From an uncultured cyanobacterium (GTDB lineage Bacteria; Cyanobacteriota; Cyanobacteriia; Cyanobacteriales; Cyanobacteriaceae): a DNA stretch of 64,000 nt. Within the stretch, counting starts at the first letter, position 1. Each line of letters begins with the position of its first letter. Shown here piece after piece: positions 16,486 through 28,321 of the stretch. Below the pieces are notes generated by a model. It made no database searches and was not told where the DNA came from. It saw nothing but the letters and a program-made list of their open reading frames with translations. The position numbers were made by a program, and so were the translations under genes. Location: NCBI GenBank assembly GCA_963749915.1, contig CAVVOP010000021.1:320001-384000 (forward strand), given 5' to 3'.

Positions 16486-16517
16486 GGAGGTGAGGGGTTC
16501 GATTCCCCTATTCTCCA
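16486..16517 (+). pseudogene. Orphan tRNA 3' half (Ala-like), possible att-site scar
   Basis: GGAGGTGAGGGGTTCGATTCCCCTATTCTCCA contains a T-arm (AGGGG-TTCGATT-CCCCT) and acceptor 3' strand; no D or anticodon arm upstream. Confidence 0.7.
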
Positions 16518-16661
16518 TTATTTTTTTTACTAAGCTAAAACGCATTTAAACTTCATCCTTACAGATTACAGATTAAGAAAAACTCTCAAATCTTTCACTA
16601 TTGGAACAGTGCCTATTCCCCATTCCCAGCCTTCATCAGCAACTTAGATGCGTCTAGCCTA

Positions 16662-18710
16662 CTATTCCCCAAAACGTGGAGTCATGCAATAGGGACAATC
16701 TAACCATTCTTGTTCTAGTTTCGCACCACAAAAACTACAGTCGAGAAGGCTTTTTCGTTTAGCTTTTAATTGTGATTCTAAACCGGAGTCTGTAAATGTA
16801 ACGCGTTCTACTTCTTCCAAAGTAGTGTGCCCTTGACGTACTAAGTTGAGACTATAAGCCAAAATGGTGGTCATACCCTCATCTACAGCGGTTTCTTTAA
16901 TCAAGTCAGTGGTTGCACCTTTATTGATGAGTTTTTCTATTTTTTCACTCATAACCATAAATTCATAAACCCCTACACGTCCTTTATAACCACTACCTCC
17001 ACATTTCATACAAACTGTGCCGTCAGCTGTGGCAGTGTGTAAAGCCTCTCCTTTTAAAGTTTTGGCACGGTAAAAAGTCACTGATTCTTCCCCAGAGGCT
17101 AATAATCCAAAACGGGCTAATTCTTCCCTTGTAGGATTATAGGCTTCTTTACACTCACTGCAGACCCGGCGCATTAGACGTTGAGCTAATACCCCTAGTA
17201 AGGCTCCAGAAATCATAAATGGTTCAACCCCCATTTCATCTAAACGGGCGATGGCACCCGCCGCATCGTTGGTGTGTAAAGTAGTTAAGACTAGGTGACC
17301 TGTTAAAGCCGCCTCAATAGCAGTTTTGGCGGTTTCAACGTCTCTGGTCTCACCCACAAGAATAATATCTGGATCTTGGCGCATAAATGCCCGTAAAATA
17401 TTAGCAAAGTCCATGCCCTTTTCTCTAATTACTTGCACCTGAGTAATACCAGGAAGTGCATATTCGATGGGATCTTCGGCGGTACTAATATTAACACCTG
17501 GCTCATTTCTTTCCGACAAAACCGAGTATAAAGTGGTGGATTTACCCGAACCCGTAGGCCCTGTAACTAAAATTAAACCAAAAGGGCGATTAGCAACATC
17601 CCTCACCTTTAGTAAAGTTTCTTCGTCACTGATGAGAAAGTCTAAACCTAACTGGGTGGTGGAGTTATCAAGAATCCGTAGACACACTTTTTCCCCGTAA
17701 CGGCTAGGAAGAGTATTTACTCGAAAATCTAGTTTGCGCCCTTGAAAAAACCTCCTCATCTTACCATCTTGAGGAATACGACGTTCAGCAATATCCAATT
17801 TTGCCATAATTTTGAAACGGGCCGTTACCGCTCTAGTAATATGTTGTGGAAGTTTGAAAAATTCTCGCAATACCCCGTCTTTACGAAGACGCACTCGAAG
17901 ATTGTCTTCTTGAGGTTCAACATGAATATCTGAAGCACCTTCTTGTATGGCTTTCATTAAAATTGTATTAACTAACTTGATTACCGGCGCCTGGTTTGCC
18001 TCATTGGTAGCGGCTAAATCAGCTCCACCGTCCTCTTCTGCGGCATCATCTAGGTTATTATCTCCTAAGTCGTCAACAATGTCGCTAACATCTCCTAATC
18101 TATCTAACTCTTTTTTCTGAGCTTCGACCAACTGTTGTGCTTTTCGTTCTTTTTCTTGCTGGTAATATTTTTGTAATAATTGGTCAAAATCTTCCTCGGT
18201 GATGACGATCCGTCGGGATCCTAATCCTTTCAAACGCAGTAACTTCCTTAGATCGTCTAAAGCCCTTAAATCGTCAGGATTCACCATGGCAACGAGTAAT
18301 GTAGGGGGATCTCCTTCAATACGTTTTAAAGGTAGGAGTTTATGACGACGACACACTTGTATTCCTATAAATGACTCAATTAAATCCGTCATTTCCTTCG
18401 GATCGATTTCCTCAGACTCACAATCAACTGAATCAACACCATATAAAATTTTTAACTCAAAGAGATGATGTTGTTTATATTGACGCACTAACTCAGGAGA
18501 TAACGCTCTCTGGGTCATTTGTTGGAGTACTTTTACCAACGGTTGTCTGGTTCTTCTGACTTCTACCAGAGCATTTTTTAATTGATCTTTATCAATATAG
18601 CCCGACTGAATTAATTTATTGCCAAAGGGATTAAAATAGTCAGGACTAACTAGGGCAGTTTTCAGTTTTTCTTGTTTTTGACTAGAGGAAGAAATAGGAG
18701 TTTGAGTCAT
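16662..18710 (-). CDS. pilB: Type IV pilus assembly ATPase PilB (GspE/PulE family)
   Basis: GPTGSGKSTT, AEDPIEY, RQDPDIILVGETRD, CxxC Zn motifs and C-terminal Cys-rich tail; divergent from grpE-dnaK as in other cyanobacteria. Confidence 0.93.
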   Translation of the reverse strand: MTQTPISSSSQKQEKLKTALVSPDYFNPFGNKLIQSGYIDKDQLKNALVEVRRTRQPLVKVLQQMTQRALSPELVRQYKQHHLFELKILYGVDSVDCESEEIDPKEMTDLIESFIGIQVCRRHKLLPLKRIEGDPPTLLVAMVNPDDLRALDDLRKLLRLKGLGSRRIVITEEDFDQLLQKYYQQEKERKAQQLVEAQKKELDRLGDVSDIVDDLGDNNLDDAAEEDGGADLAATNEANQAPVIKLVNTILMKAIQEGASDIHVEPQEDNLRVRLRKDGVLREFFKLPQHITRAVTARFKIMAKLDIAERRIPQDGKMRRFFQGRKLDFRVNTLPSRYGEKVCLRILDNSTTQLGLDFLISDEETLLKVRDVANRPFGLILVTGPTGSGKSTTLYSVLSERNEPGVNISTAEDPIEYALPGITQVQVIREKGMDFANILRAFMRQDPDIILVGETRDVETAKTAIEAALTGHLVLTTLHTNDAAGAIARLDEMGVEPFMISGALLGVLAQRLMRRVCSECKEAYNPTREELARFGLLASGEESVTFYRAKTLKGEALHTATADGTVCMKCGGSGYKGRVGVYEFMVMSEKIEKLINKGATTDLIKETAVDEGMTTILAYSLNLVRQGHTTLEEVERVTFTDSGLESQLKAKRKSLLDCSFCGAKLEQEWLDCPYCMTPRFGE

Positions 18711-18911
18711 GATGATAACTTAGTATTTCGAAAAATTATAAAAACTTGAATGAGTTGAAAATTTTTAACCGTTAATCTTATTATATTTTATGACAAGGTA
18801 ATGGAGAAGGGAAAACCAAACTAATATAAAAATTCCTACTCCTTACTTGTACAATGTTATATGAACATCAAGAAAATAGTTTACTTCTTTTAAGTAGAAA
18901 ATATTGCAATT

Positions 18912-19739
18912 ATGATCAGTGAAACGGACAACTACCCTGATAAAGAGATGGATATTGCAGATAACCAAGACAACTTAGCTGAAGCAGAAAAAACTTCAAC
19001 TGTATCTGAAGCCAAAATTGAGTCAGATCAACCATCAGAGGAGTCAGTCAACGAACCCATAAATGAATGTGGAGAAGTGGAACATCCTTCCCCAGAAGAA
19101 AACTCCCTAGAGGAGACTAACATTGAATCTGAGACGGATTCCGAGGATTCCTTGGTGGATGAATCCAATATAGATTCAGCTGCTCAAGCCCATATAACTT
19201 CTTTAGAAGCGGAAATTGCCTCGTTAAAAGAACAACTAGAAGTCCAAATCGAACAGGCTAAAAGTGTTCAAAGTCAGCATGTGCGATTGACGGCGGATTT
19301 TGATAATTTTCGTCGTCGTACCAGTAAAGAAAAAGAGGAATTGGAGAAGGTTATAAAGAAAAGAACTATTCTTGAATTATTGCCAGTCGTGGATAATTTT
19401 GAACGGGCCAGAACTCAAATTAAACCAGATAGTGATGGTGAAATGGCGATTCATAAAAGTTATCAAGGAGTTTATAAAACCTTTGTGGATAGCTTGAAAA
19501 AAATTGGCGTATCAGCCATGCGTCCCCAAGGTGAACCCTTTGACCCCAATTATCACGAAGCCATGTTAAGAGAACCTACCAAGGAATATGAGGAGGGAAT
19601 TGTAATGGAAGAGTTGGTCAGAGGTTATCTCCTTAATGACGAGGTTTTACGTTATGCTATGGTCAAGGTGGCCGCATCTCCCCAGGAGGAGGATTCGCCA
19701 GAAATCGAAACTTCTGATAACTTGTCTGAAAATAACTGA
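18912..19739 (+). CDS. grpE: Nucleotide exchange factor GrpE
   Basis: [21 protein letters not shown] and [16 protein letters not shown]; long acidic N-terminus. Confidence 0.96.
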   Translation: MISETDNYPDKEMDIADNQDNLAEAEKTSTVSEAKIESDQPSEESVNEPINECGEVEHPSPEENSLEETNIESETDSEDSLVDESNIDSAAQAHITSLEAEIASLKEQLEVQIEQAKSVQSQHVRLTADFDNFRRRTSKEKEELEKVIKKRTILELLPVVDNFERARTQIKPDSDGEMAIHKSYQGVYKTFVDSLKKIGVSAMRPQGEPFDPNYHEAMLREPTKEYEEGIVMEELVRGYLLNDEVLRYAMVKVAASPQEEDSPEIETSDNLSENN

Positions 19740-19829
19740 GAAAATTGTCCTGAATTTCAGGTTCTGACTATAATGGGATAACAAGAAACAATAGTCCAAT
19801 CACAAGGTAAACCGACATCACTGTCAGCT

Positions 19830-21845
19830 ATGGGAAAGGTTATAGGAATAGATTTAGGAACAACCAATAGTTGTGTTGCCGTTTTAGAAGGTGGCAAACC
19901 TATTGTCATAACGAATCAGGAGGGTTCACGAACCACTCCCAGTATTGTCGGTTTTGGCAAGGGAAATCAACGTTTAGTAGGTCAACTCGCCAAAAGACAA
20001 GCGGTAACCAATGCTGAGAATACTGTTTATAGTGTTAAGCGTTTTATTGGTCAACGATGGGAGGAAACCCTAGAAGATCGCAAAAGAGTTACCTATAATT
20101 GTGTTAGGGGTAAAGATAGTACGGTTTGTGTAGATATTCAAGGTAAAGCCTATACTACCCAGGAAATTTCTGCCATGATTCTGCAAAAGTTAAAAACTGA
20201 TGCCGAAACTTTCTTAGGGGAAACAGTTACTCAGGCGGTGATCACTGTTCCTGCTTATTTTACCGATGCTCAAAGACAAGCCACGAAAGACGCTGGAGTT
20301 ATCGCCGGGTTGGATGTGATGCGTATTATTAATGAACCGACAGCGGCGGCTTTGGCTTACGGTTTAGATAAACAAGAGGAAGATCAATACGTTTTAGTTT
20401 TTGATTTGGGCGGTGGTACTTTTGACGTCTCTATTTTACAGTTAGGTAATGGTATTTTTGAGGTAGTCTCCACTTCTGGTAATAATCAACTGGGGGGGGA
20501 CGATTTTGACGCGGTCATTGTCGATTGGCTAATAACCAAGTTTGAGCAACAAGAAGGTGTTGATTTAAGAGCGGATAAAATGGCTTTACAACGTCTGCGA
20601 GAGGCGGCGGAAAAAGCAAAAATAGAGTTATCGAATATGGCGGAAACCTCTATCAATTTGCCTTTTATCACGGCGGATGAAAGTGGCCCAAAACATTTAG
20701 AATTAGAGCTATCTCGACCCCACTTAGAGGAGTTAATTGCACCGTTAGTGGCGAATATTATTCCTCCCATGGAACAGGCTTTAAAGGATTCTGGCTTGAC
20801 TCGTGACCAAATTAATCGTATTGTCTTAGTGGGTGGGTCAACCCGTACCCCGGCTATTTCCGAACAAGTTGAAAAGTATTTTTCCAAAGGTATCCCCATG
20901 GATCGCTCCATTAATCCCGATGAGGCTGTGGCTTTGGGTGCGGCGGTTCAAGGTGGAGTGTTAGGAGGGGAAGTTAGAAATTTATTGCTCTTAGATGTGA
21001 CCCCTTTATCTTTGGGATTGGAAACATTAGGGGAAGTATTCACAAAAGTAATTGAAAGAAATACTACGATTCCTACTAGTCGTTCTCAGATATTTTCTAC
21101 GGCTATTGATGGACAAAGCTCTGTAGAAGTTCATGTGTTACAAGGTGAGCGATCCATGGTGAAGGATAATAAGAGTTTAGGGAAATTTTTGTTAACGGGT
21201 ATTCCCCCAGCACCCAGAGGGGTACCACAAATTGAGGTATCTTTTGATATCGATGTCGATGGTATCTTAAAAGTGTCGGCGAAGGATAAAGGTACTGGTC
21301 AAGAACAAAGTATTCTTATTAGTAACACTGGGGCGTTAACTTCTTCGGAAATTAGCACCATGAAAGAGGAAGCGGAGAAATATGCCTTAGAAGATCGTCG
21401 TCGAGTGGAGTTAATCGGCATCAAGAAACAGTTAGATAGCTTGATGTATAGTTATGAGTTAAGTTTAGAAAAAAATCCTCGTCTTGTTAGTAGCGAATTA
21501 AAAAATCAAATTGAAACAGGAAAACGTGAGGTTGAAGATGCCATCAATTCTCCATTAATTCCTGTTAAACAGGTTGAAGATTTAATGAATGATTTTCGTA
21601 ATATGATAGTTGATATCGGTGCTAAAGCTTATCAGCCGGTTCAAGAACCTTCTATTGTCGGTACTTTGGCGGAGGAAAGTAGTACTATTTATGAGTCTTT
21701 GGATGGTGACGAGGATGAGGAATTTAAGAGTATTGAAAATCAAATTTTGAGTGGTTTAAGTCAAATTTCGGAAAATCCTGAAGAATTTGATTTTGACTAT
21801 GAGACGGATGAGACTATCACGGGGGATTATGAAACAGTAGATTAG
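19830..21845 (+). CDS. dnaK: Hsp70 chaperone DnaK (grpE-linked paralog with acidic tail)
   Basis: [19 protein letters not shown] and [12 protein letters not shown]. Confidence 0.97.
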   Translation: MGKVIGIDLGTTNSCVAVLEGGKPIVITNQEGSRTTPSIVGFGKGNQRLVGQLAKRQAVTNAENTVYSVKRFIGQRWEETLEDRKRVTYNCVRGKDSTVCVDIQGKAYTTQEISAMILQKLKTDAETFLGETVTQAVITVPAYFTDAQRQATKDAGVIAGLDVMRIINEPTAAALAYGLDKQEEDQYVLVFDLGGGTFDVSILQLGNGIFEVVSTSGNNQLGGDDFDAVIVDWLITKFEQQEGVDLRADKMALQRLREAAEKAKIELSNMAETSINLPFITADESGPKHLELELSRPHLEELIAPLVANIIPPMEQALKDSGLTRDQINRIVLVGGSTRTPAISEQVEKYFSKGIPMDRSINPDEAVALGAAVQGGVLGGEVRNLLLLDVTPLSLGLETLGEVFTKVIERNTTIPTSRSQIFSTAIDGQSSVEVHVLQGERSMVKDNKSLGKFLLTGIPPAPRGVPQIEVSFDIDVDGILKVSAKDKGTGQEQSILISNTGALTSSEISTMKEEAEKYALEDRRRVELIGIKKQLDSLMYSYELSLEKNPRLVSSELKNQIETGKREVEDAINSPLIPVKQVEDLMNDFRNMIVDIGAKAYQPVQEPSIVGTLAEESSTIYESLDGDEDEEFKSIENQILSGLSQISENPEEFDFDYETDETITGDYETVD

Positions 21846-21903
21846 CAATTAATAATTAAATATCAATGACAATGAACTATGGTTAATCAATTATAAAAAA
21901 ATT

Positions 21904-22863
21904 ATGGGCTATCAAACCGAAAAACAGATTGCTATTTCCGCAGTAATTCAGGCGGCAAAATTATGTCAACGAGTGCGCCAAGATATTCCTGCCGCCTTGG
22001 AAAAACAAGATAAAAGTCCTGTTACTGTGGCCGATTTTGGTTCTCAGGCTATAATTTGTCGGGCATTGAAGGAGGTTTTCCCCGATACCCCTATTGTGGG
22101 GGAAGAAGATGCTCAAGAATTACGTCAATCAGAGAATCAAGCTACTCTGATCAAAATTACTAATTATGTAGAAGAAATAATCCCCAACGCCACCTCTAAC
22201 AAGGTTTTAGACTGGATTGATTACGGAAATGGTACAGTCGGGGATCGCTTTTGGACATTAGATCCTATTGATGGCACAAAAGGGTTTTTGCGTCAAGATC
22301 AATATGCTGTTGCCTTAGCCTTAATTGAAAATGGCGAAGTGAAATTAGGGATTTTAGGTTGTCCTGCGTTAACTTTAGATAGTGGCGAAACGGGATTTAT
22401 TTTCGTGGCAGTAAGGGGAGAAGGTAGTTATAAAATGCCTATCACTGGCGGTGAGATGAGTAAATTGCAAGTTGTTAGTAATGATGATGTTAGTCGTTTT
22501 CGTTTTGTCGAAAGCGTGGAAGCTAGTCATGGTGACCAAATTCAGCAAAATGCCATCGCCAAAGCAGTAGGCATAAGTACTGACTCAGTAAGAGTTGATT
22601 CCCAAGCAAAATACGGCATTGTTGCCGCAGGAGAAGCCGCCTTATATTTAAGATTACCTTCCCCTAAATATCCGGATTATAGGGAGAATATATGGGATCA
22701 TGCCGCTGGGGCGATCGTAGTGGAAGAAGCAGGGGGAAAGGTTACAGATATGTATGGTAAACCTTTAGACTTTGCCACTGCCAGTAAAATGAATGATAAT
22801 AGGGGAGTGGTGGTAAGTAACGGATTGATTCATGATTCAGTCATTAAAGCGTTAAACAGTTAA
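21904..22863 (+). CDS. 3'(2'),5'-bisphosphate nucleotidase, HAL2-like (inositol monophosphatase superfamily)
   Basis: SPVTVADFGSQ, WTLDPIDGTKGF, DSQAKY and ENIWDHAAG. Confidence 0.9.
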   Translation: MGYQTEKQIAISAVIQAAKLCQRVRQDIPAALEKQDKSPVTVADFGSQAIICRALKEVFPDTPIVGEEDAQELRQSENQATLIKITNYVEEIIPNATSNKVLDWIDYGNGTVGDRFWTLDPIDGTKGFLRQDQYAVALALIENGEVKLGILGCPALTLDSGETGFIFVAVRGEGSYKMPITGGEMSKLQVVSNDDVSRFRFVESVEASHGDQIQQNAIAKAVGISTDSVRVDSQAKYGIVAAGEAALYLRLPSPKYPDYRENIWDHAAGAIVVEEAGGKVTDMYGKPLDFATASKMNDNRGVVVSNGLIHDSVIKALNS

Positions 22864-22922
22864 CAGTTGATAATTGACATTTGAGTGGAAGAAATTATTA
22901 AATTGTTTATTGTTTATTCCAA

Positions 22923-24260
22923 ATGACTATTGCTAGAACAATTTGTTTAGGTTTTATTGCGGTAATCGGATTAGGCACAATATTATTAATGATGCCTTTT
23001 TCCACGACAACGGGAGAGTGGGGAGGGGTCGTGACTTCCCTATTTACTTCCACATCTGCCGTATGTGTAACGGGTTTAATTGTGGTTGACACGGGTCGTT
23101 ATTTTTCCTTTTGGGGTGAATTATTTCTTATGTGTTTGATTCAGATAGGGGGATTAGGTTATATGATTACTACCACCTTCCTGATTCTCTTAATTGGCAA
23201 AAAGTTTGATTTTAGGCAAAAAATTGCGATTAATGAATCATTTGATCGCCCATTCCTCCAAGGTAGTCGAAATTTAGTCCTCTCAGTCTTTGCCACAACA
23301 TTTATCTTGGAATTAATGGCGACAATGTGTTTATTCCCCGTTTTTGCTAAGGATTATGGAATTAAACAAGGATTATGGTTGGCGATTTTTCACACTATCA
23401 GTGCTTGGAATAACGCGGGATTCAGCTTATTTGTTGATAATCTCATGGGTTATCAAACTTCTATCCCCGTTAATTTAGTTATTACTTCCTTAATTATTTT
23501 GGGAGGTATCGGTTATCAAGTCATTATCGAATTTTATTTTTGGGTTGTTGATAAAATTAGGGGTAACAATAAACATATACAGAATTTTTCCCTTAACTTT
23601 AAAGTTGTCACTAGGACTACCGTTATACTGTTATTATTTGGGACGATGGCCTTTTACATCACGGAATATCATAATGACAATACCTTTGCCTCTTTCACTT
23701 TCCCTGAGAAAATGATAGCTTCTTGGTTTCAGTCTGTCACTACAAGAACTGCGGGATTCAATACCATTGACATTGGCAAAATGACTACCGCCGGTTTATT
23801 TATCACCATCGGTTTAATGTTTGTAGGGGCTAGTCCTAGCGGTACGGCAGGAGGAATTAAAACCACTACACTAAGTATCCTTAGCAGTAGTACTAAAGCA
23901 GTACTAAAAGGACAAGAAAAAGTGGTAATGTATAAAAGAGAAGTACCTGTATCCTTGATATTAAAAGCGATGGCTGTGGTTTTTGGTTCGGCTATCACAG
24001 TGATTACAATTACTCTCATAATTTCTTTAGTTGATCCCGAGATTGCCTTTATCGATGTCCTGTATGAAGTCGTTTCCGCCTTTGCCACCGTTGGCTTATC
24101 CACGGGCATTACTGCTACTTTATCTACTTTTAGTAAATTAGCATTAGTTTTTACCATGTATTTAGGACGAGTAGGAGTATTATTATTTATGGCAGCTATT
24201 GTGGGAGATCCTCGACCTAGTCGTATCCAGTATCCCGAAGAAAATCTGTTAGTAGGTTAA
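22923..24260 (+). CDS. ktrB: Ktr/Trk potassium uptake membrane subunit
   Basis: Four pore-loop motifs: SAVCVTGL, SAWNNAGF, TRTAGF, SAFATVGLS. Confidence 0.92.
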   Translation: MTIARTICLGFIAVIGLGTILLMMPFSTTTGEWGGVVTSLFTSTSAVCVTGLIVVDTGRYFSFWGELFLMCLIQIGGLGYMITTTFLILLIGKKFDFRQKIAINESFDRPFLQGSRNLVLSVFATTFILELMATMCLFPVFAKDYGIKQGLWLAIFHTISAWNNAGFSLFVDNLMGYQTSIPVNLVITSLIILGGIGYQVIIEFYFWVVDKIRGNNKHIQNFSLNFKVVTRTTVILLLFGTMAFYITEYHNDNTFASFTFPEKMIASWFQSVTTRTAGFNTIDIGKMTTAGLFITIGLMFVGASPSGTAGGIKTTTLSILSSSTKAVLKGQEKVVMYKREVPVSLILKAMAVVFGSAITVITITLIISLVDPEIAFIDVLYEVVSAFATVGLSTGITATLSTFSKLALVFTMYLGRVGVLLFMAAIVGDPRPSRIQYPEENLLVG

Positions 24261-24266
24261 AATTCT

Positions 24267-25019
24267 ATGGCAACCGTTGATAAACCAACATCTAGTAATA
24301 GTAATCAAAGATTCAAAAATATCTTTAGTTTAGATCTTAGTTCACTCAAATTTTTACATCATTTGCGTAAAGAAACCCGTCAATTTGCGGTAATTGGTCT
24401 AGGTAGATTCGGCAGAGCCGTGTCTCAAACCCTGTATAATATGGGTTATGATGTGTTGGGTGCGGATGTGGATCAAAAATTAGTTGCCCAAGCCTTAACT
24501 GATAAAATAGCTACTAGTGCTGTTCGTCTTGATTGTACGGAAGTTAGTGCTTTAAAAGAAGCCGGCATTTTAGAATTAGATACTGTTATTGTCGCTATTG
24601 GTAACTATTTAGAAGAAAGTATTATTACCACTCTTAACGTCAAAGAAGGAGGCGTAAAATATATTGTTGCGAAAGCCTCTTCAGAAACTCATGGTAAATT
24701 ATTGAAAAAAGTCGGTGCTGATTTAGTGGTTTATCCCGAACATCAAGCCGGTTGCGAATTAGCTTATACTCTTACAAAACCCGGAATACTCGATCGTTTT
24801 GAATTAGATCCAGATAATAGCATCGTAGAGGTCTCCATTCCCAAAGAATTTGACGGTAAAACTCTTGCCGAAGTTAAGTTACGGAGTGACTACGGTTTAA
24901 ATGTCTTAGCCGTCGGTAACGATGATAAATTCGTCATCAACCCCCCCCCAAACTACGTATTGACTCAGGGGTTATCAATGGTGGTAATCGGCTCAAATGA
25001 TGACATCAATAAACTATAA
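24267..25019 (+). CDS. ktrA: Ktr/Trk NAD-binding RCK subunit
   Basis: FAVIGLGRFG Rossmann motif plus TrkA_C domain; directly after ktrB. Confidence 0.92.
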   Translation: MATVDKPTSSNSNQRFKNIFSLDLSSLKFLHHLRKETRQFAVIGLGRFGRAVSQTLYNMGYDVLGADVDQKLVAQALTDKIATSAVRLDCTEVSALKEAGILELDTVIVAIGNYLEESIITTLNVKEGGVKYIVAKASSETHGKLLKKVGADLVVYPEHQAGCELAYTLTKPGILDRFELDPDNSIVEVSIPKEFDGKTLAEVKLRSDYGLNVLAVGNDDKFVINPPPNYVLTQGLSMVVIGSNDDINKL

Positions 25020-25106
25020 GTCTATTGTGGCGTCTACGAAAATGAAAAAATTAGGAAATTCACAAATCAGAAAAATTATTAATCGTTAACTGTTAATTGT
25101 TAATTG

Positions 25107-25847
25107 TTAACTAACACCGATATAAGCGGCGACTAAAAATAAAGCATCAGTAAAAATAGTAGCTAAAACCGCACCAGCAAAAGCGATGTAGTGAGTTTCT
25201 TTTTTGACTAAGGCGTATAAACTAATACCTAAGAGTAAATTTGCTAATAGTACAGCCCAACTAATTCCCCAAACCGTCTGGACTTGAGCGATGGCACCCT
25301 GTAGAATCGGTTTAACTAGAGTCGGATCACCAACCATTATTTCACGCCAATAAGGGATTAAACCGGCTATATAAAAATATAGATCCGTAATAACAGTGCC
25401 AATCAACGAACCGAGATAAAAATAATTACCGATCAAACCCCAACCCTTCCAGATACACCATAAAGCAAAAGGTAAACCAATGGCTTCAATGGGGATATGA
25501 ATGGCTGGATTATCACGTAACCAACCCCAATAAATTGAACCACATAGCCAACTCCAACTAAAACCCCAGAGAATATCACCCCAAAGGTAAGTTTGCGGTT
25601 GACGCTTCCAATGGAAACTAAGTTGAAACCAAACAAGGGTTAAAATGAGACTTACAGAAGGAAAAATCCTTACTAAAGGCGCTTGAAAAAAAACAGGAAT
25701 CGACACTAAAAAAGCCGAAGCCAAAAATACTAATAAACTTCTTCGCTTTTCTTCGTACCACCACCAACGGCGCAGAAAATCAAAAAAAGTTTCTCTAGCG
25801 GTGGGGAAAAAAGTGGTTAATTGAGATAAAAGGGTATTATTTAACAA
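25107..25847 (-). CDS. DUF3120-type cyanobacterial membrane protein
   Basis: Hydrophobic ORF with PVFFQAPLVR, GFSWSWLCGSIYWGW and HIPIEAIGLP, recognised as DUF3120-like. Confidence 0.75.
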   Translation of the reverse strand: MLNNTLLSQLTTFFPTARETFFDFLRRWWWYEEKRRSLLVFLASAFLVSIPVFFQAPLVRIFPSVSLILTLVWFQLSFHWKRQPQTYLWGDILWGFSWSWLCGSIYWGWLRDNPAIHIPIEAIGLPFALWCIWKGWGLIGNYFYLGSLIGTVITDLYFYIAGLIPYWREIMVGDPTLVKPILQGAIAQVQTVWGISWAVLLANLLLGISLYALVKKETHYIAFAGAVLATIFTDALFLVAAYIGVS

Positions 25848-26281
25848 AATTGGTTAAGATTTCTTTACTTATCGTTACTTAATATTACAATATTTTAGGG
25901 GTAAATACTCAACTATGGGAATTAAATCGCGTCTAATCTCGGGAATCGTAGTTTTTGCCATGGGAAAAACTCTAGGTTTCAACATGTACGTACGGGGTAT
26001 AGATCAACTTATTACTTATTAACTGTCCATAAATATCCCCCCTATGGGGATTATTATAACTTAATATTAGTCTTATAACAATTCAATGTCAGCAGATGGA
26101 AAAAGTTACTGGTGAAGGTAGGGGTGAGAATACAATATTAAGGATTCCTACGTCGAACTCAGATAAAATCCAAAATCCAAAATTATCCTTTCCCAGTCCC
26201 TCAAAACTATCTTGACAGACCACTAGATAAGGTAAAATAAAGGCTTGGCTTGCAGAAAATATAATAAGATAAGGATTAATC

Positions 26282-27739
26282 ATGTCTGTCAGAGTTAGAA
26301 TCGCACCATCTCCTACAGGTAATTTACATATAGGTACAGCTCGTACAGCCGTATTTAACTGGTTATTTGCCAGACATCATCAGGGTACATTTATATTAAG
26401 AGTCGAAGATACGGATTTAGAAAGATCAAAACCTGAATATACTGATAACATCAAGTCCGGATTGACTTGGTTAGGGTTGAATTGGGATGAGGGGCCTTTT
26501 TTTCAGACTGAGAGATTCGATCTTTACCGTCAAGGCATCCAAACTTTACTTGATCAAGGTTTAGCTTATCCCTGTTATTGCACTTCCGAAGAACTGGAGG
26601 CAATGAGAGAAACCCAAAAAGCCAATAATCAAGCACCTCGTTATGATAATCGTCACCGTAATTTATCGGCGGAAGATATTGCCAAATTCACAGCAGAAGG
26701 GCGTAAACCCGTGATTAGATTTAAAATTGAGGATCAAGAGCAAATTATTTGGCATGATTTAATTAGAGGTATGGTGTCATGGCGGGGTAGCGATTTAGGC
26801 GGTGATATGGTAATCGCACGCACCCCCGGTGAAGATGATGGTAGTTTTGGGCAACCGTTGTATAATTTAGCGGTAGTGGTGGATGATATTGAGATGAATA
26901 TTAGCCATGTAATTCGAGGGGAAGATCATATTGCCAATACGGCGAAGCAAATTTTATTATATCGAGCATTGGGGGCAAAAGTTCCAGAATTTGCTCATAC
27001 TCCCTTAATTTTGAACTCTGAGGGCAAAAAATTATCCAAGCGCGACGGAGTGACATCCATTGATGATTTTCGTAAAATGGGTTTTGTTGCACCAGCTTTA
27101 GCTAATTATATGATATTATTGGGTTGGACTTCTCCTGACGCTAAAGAAATTTTTACCCTTGAAGAAGCGGCAACTAAATTTAGTTTAGAAAGAGTAAATA
27201 AAGCAGGGGCAAAATTCGATTGGGATAAGTTAGATTGGTTGAACAGTCAGTATTTACACAAATTATCTCCAGAAGAATTATTACCATTGTTGATTCCCTA
27301 TTGGCAAGAGGCAGGTTATCAATTTAATCTTGATAATGAAAGAGATTGGTTATTACAACTCACCAATTTAATTGCACCTAGTTTAACTCGTCTCACCGAT
27401 AGCGTTAGGGAAGCAAGGCTATTTTTTGCTGACGGCACCACTTTAGCCGAAGACGCCCAAAAATTTTTGACTCAAGAAGGGGTTAAGGAGGTTTTACAAG
27501 CAGTAATCAAAGCCAGCAAATCTGATTTGACTTTTGAGGAGGCCAATAATATTATCAAACAAATTACTAAGGATTTAAAGGTAAAAAAAGGTTTAGTAAT
27601 GCGATCGCTTCGGGTTGGTTTAACGGGAGAATTGCACGGTCCTGATTTAGTGCAAACATGGTTATTATTAAATCAAAAAGGTATTGCTAAAACTAGGATT
27701 CAATTAGCAAATGACATTATGCAAAAGGCGGGCCATTGA
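26282..27739 (+). CDS. gltX: Glutamate--tRNA ligase
   Basis: [18 protein letters not shown] and KLSKR. Confidence 0.97.
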   Translation: MSVRVRIAPSPTGNLHIGTARTAVFNWLFARHHQGTFILRVEDTDLERSKPEYTDNIKSGLTWLGLNWDEGPFFQTERFDLYRQGIQTLLDQGLAYPCYCTSEELEAMRETQKANNQAPRYDNRHRNLSAEDIAKFTAEGRKPVIRFKIEDQEQIIWHDLIRGMVSWRGSDLGGDMVIARTPGEDDGSFGQPLYNLAVVVDDIEMNISHVIRGEDHIANTAKQILLYRALGAKVPEFAHTPLILNSEGKKLSKRDGVTSIDDFRKMGFVAPALANYMILLGWTSPDAKEIFTLEEAATKFSLERVNKAGAKFDWDKLDWLNSQYLHKLSPEELLPLLIPYWQEAGYQFNLDNERDWLLQLTNLIAPSLTRLTDSVREARLFFADGTTLAEDAQKFLTQEGVKEVLQAVIKASKSDLTFEEANNIIKQITKDLKVKKGLVMRSLRVGLTGELHGPDLVQTWLLLNQKGIAKTRIQLANDIMQKAGH

Positions 27740-27745
27740 GCCATG

Positions 27746-27839
27746 ATAGGGGTGGCTGGATCAAAACAAAACCTTTGCTTCTTAAAGCTTTCAGCCTTAA
27801 GTGTTTAGCTAAAAATGCAGGAAATCAGCCACGACCCAT
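27746..27839. repeat. Small MITE-like element with imperfect terminal inverted repeats
   Basis: GGGGTGGCTG at the left and CAGCCACGACCC at the right, about 95 bp, intergenic between convergent genes. Confidence 0.35.
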
Positions 27840-27865
27840 TTTAAAAACTTCACACTCCGCGACCA

Positions 27866-28159
27866 TCATGATAAATAATCCCGTTTTCTTTTAAGAGAGG
27901 GTAACGGTGTCAAATCGCTTCCACTGGGAGTAAGATAACGTCTGGGAGTAGGCACAGAAACTGCTTTTTCGGTTTTTTGTACTTGTAACCATCGCATCCA
28001 GCTACCGACGAGAACTAATAATATTCCTAATGATAGTAAAGTCCAGCTCTCACTAAAACCCCCCAGTATGGCATCCATCGCACCAAAGGTAAAGATAAAC
28101 GCCGATATTTTTTCCTTACGATAGACCGATTTGAACTTTCGAGCTAATGTCACATTCAT
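27866..28159 (-). CDS. Small cyanobacterial membrane hypothetical protein
   Basis: 97 aa with two hydrophobic segments. Confidence 0.7.
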   Translation of the reverse strand: MNVTLARKFKSVYRKEKISAFIFTFGAMDAILGGFSESWTLLSLGILLVLVGSWMRWLQVQKTEKAVSVPTPRRYLTPSGSDLTPLPSLKRKRDYLS

Positions 28160-28321
28160 CTAATTTTATGGCTTTAACTATATACCTCTTATTTTACAAT
28201 ATTTTTTCTCAGTAATATACTTGTTACTTGTACTAATGACTATTTATTTGGTATGATGATCAATCTAATGCCCAAAGAAGGCAATAAGACAAACAAGATA
28301 GGATTCAAATATAATTGCAAC

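Noticed and set aside
25848..26281. Possible ncRNA in the long DUF3120-gltX intergenic region
   Set aside because: Only short hairpins and an IS982-like end fragment; no recognisable RNA family.
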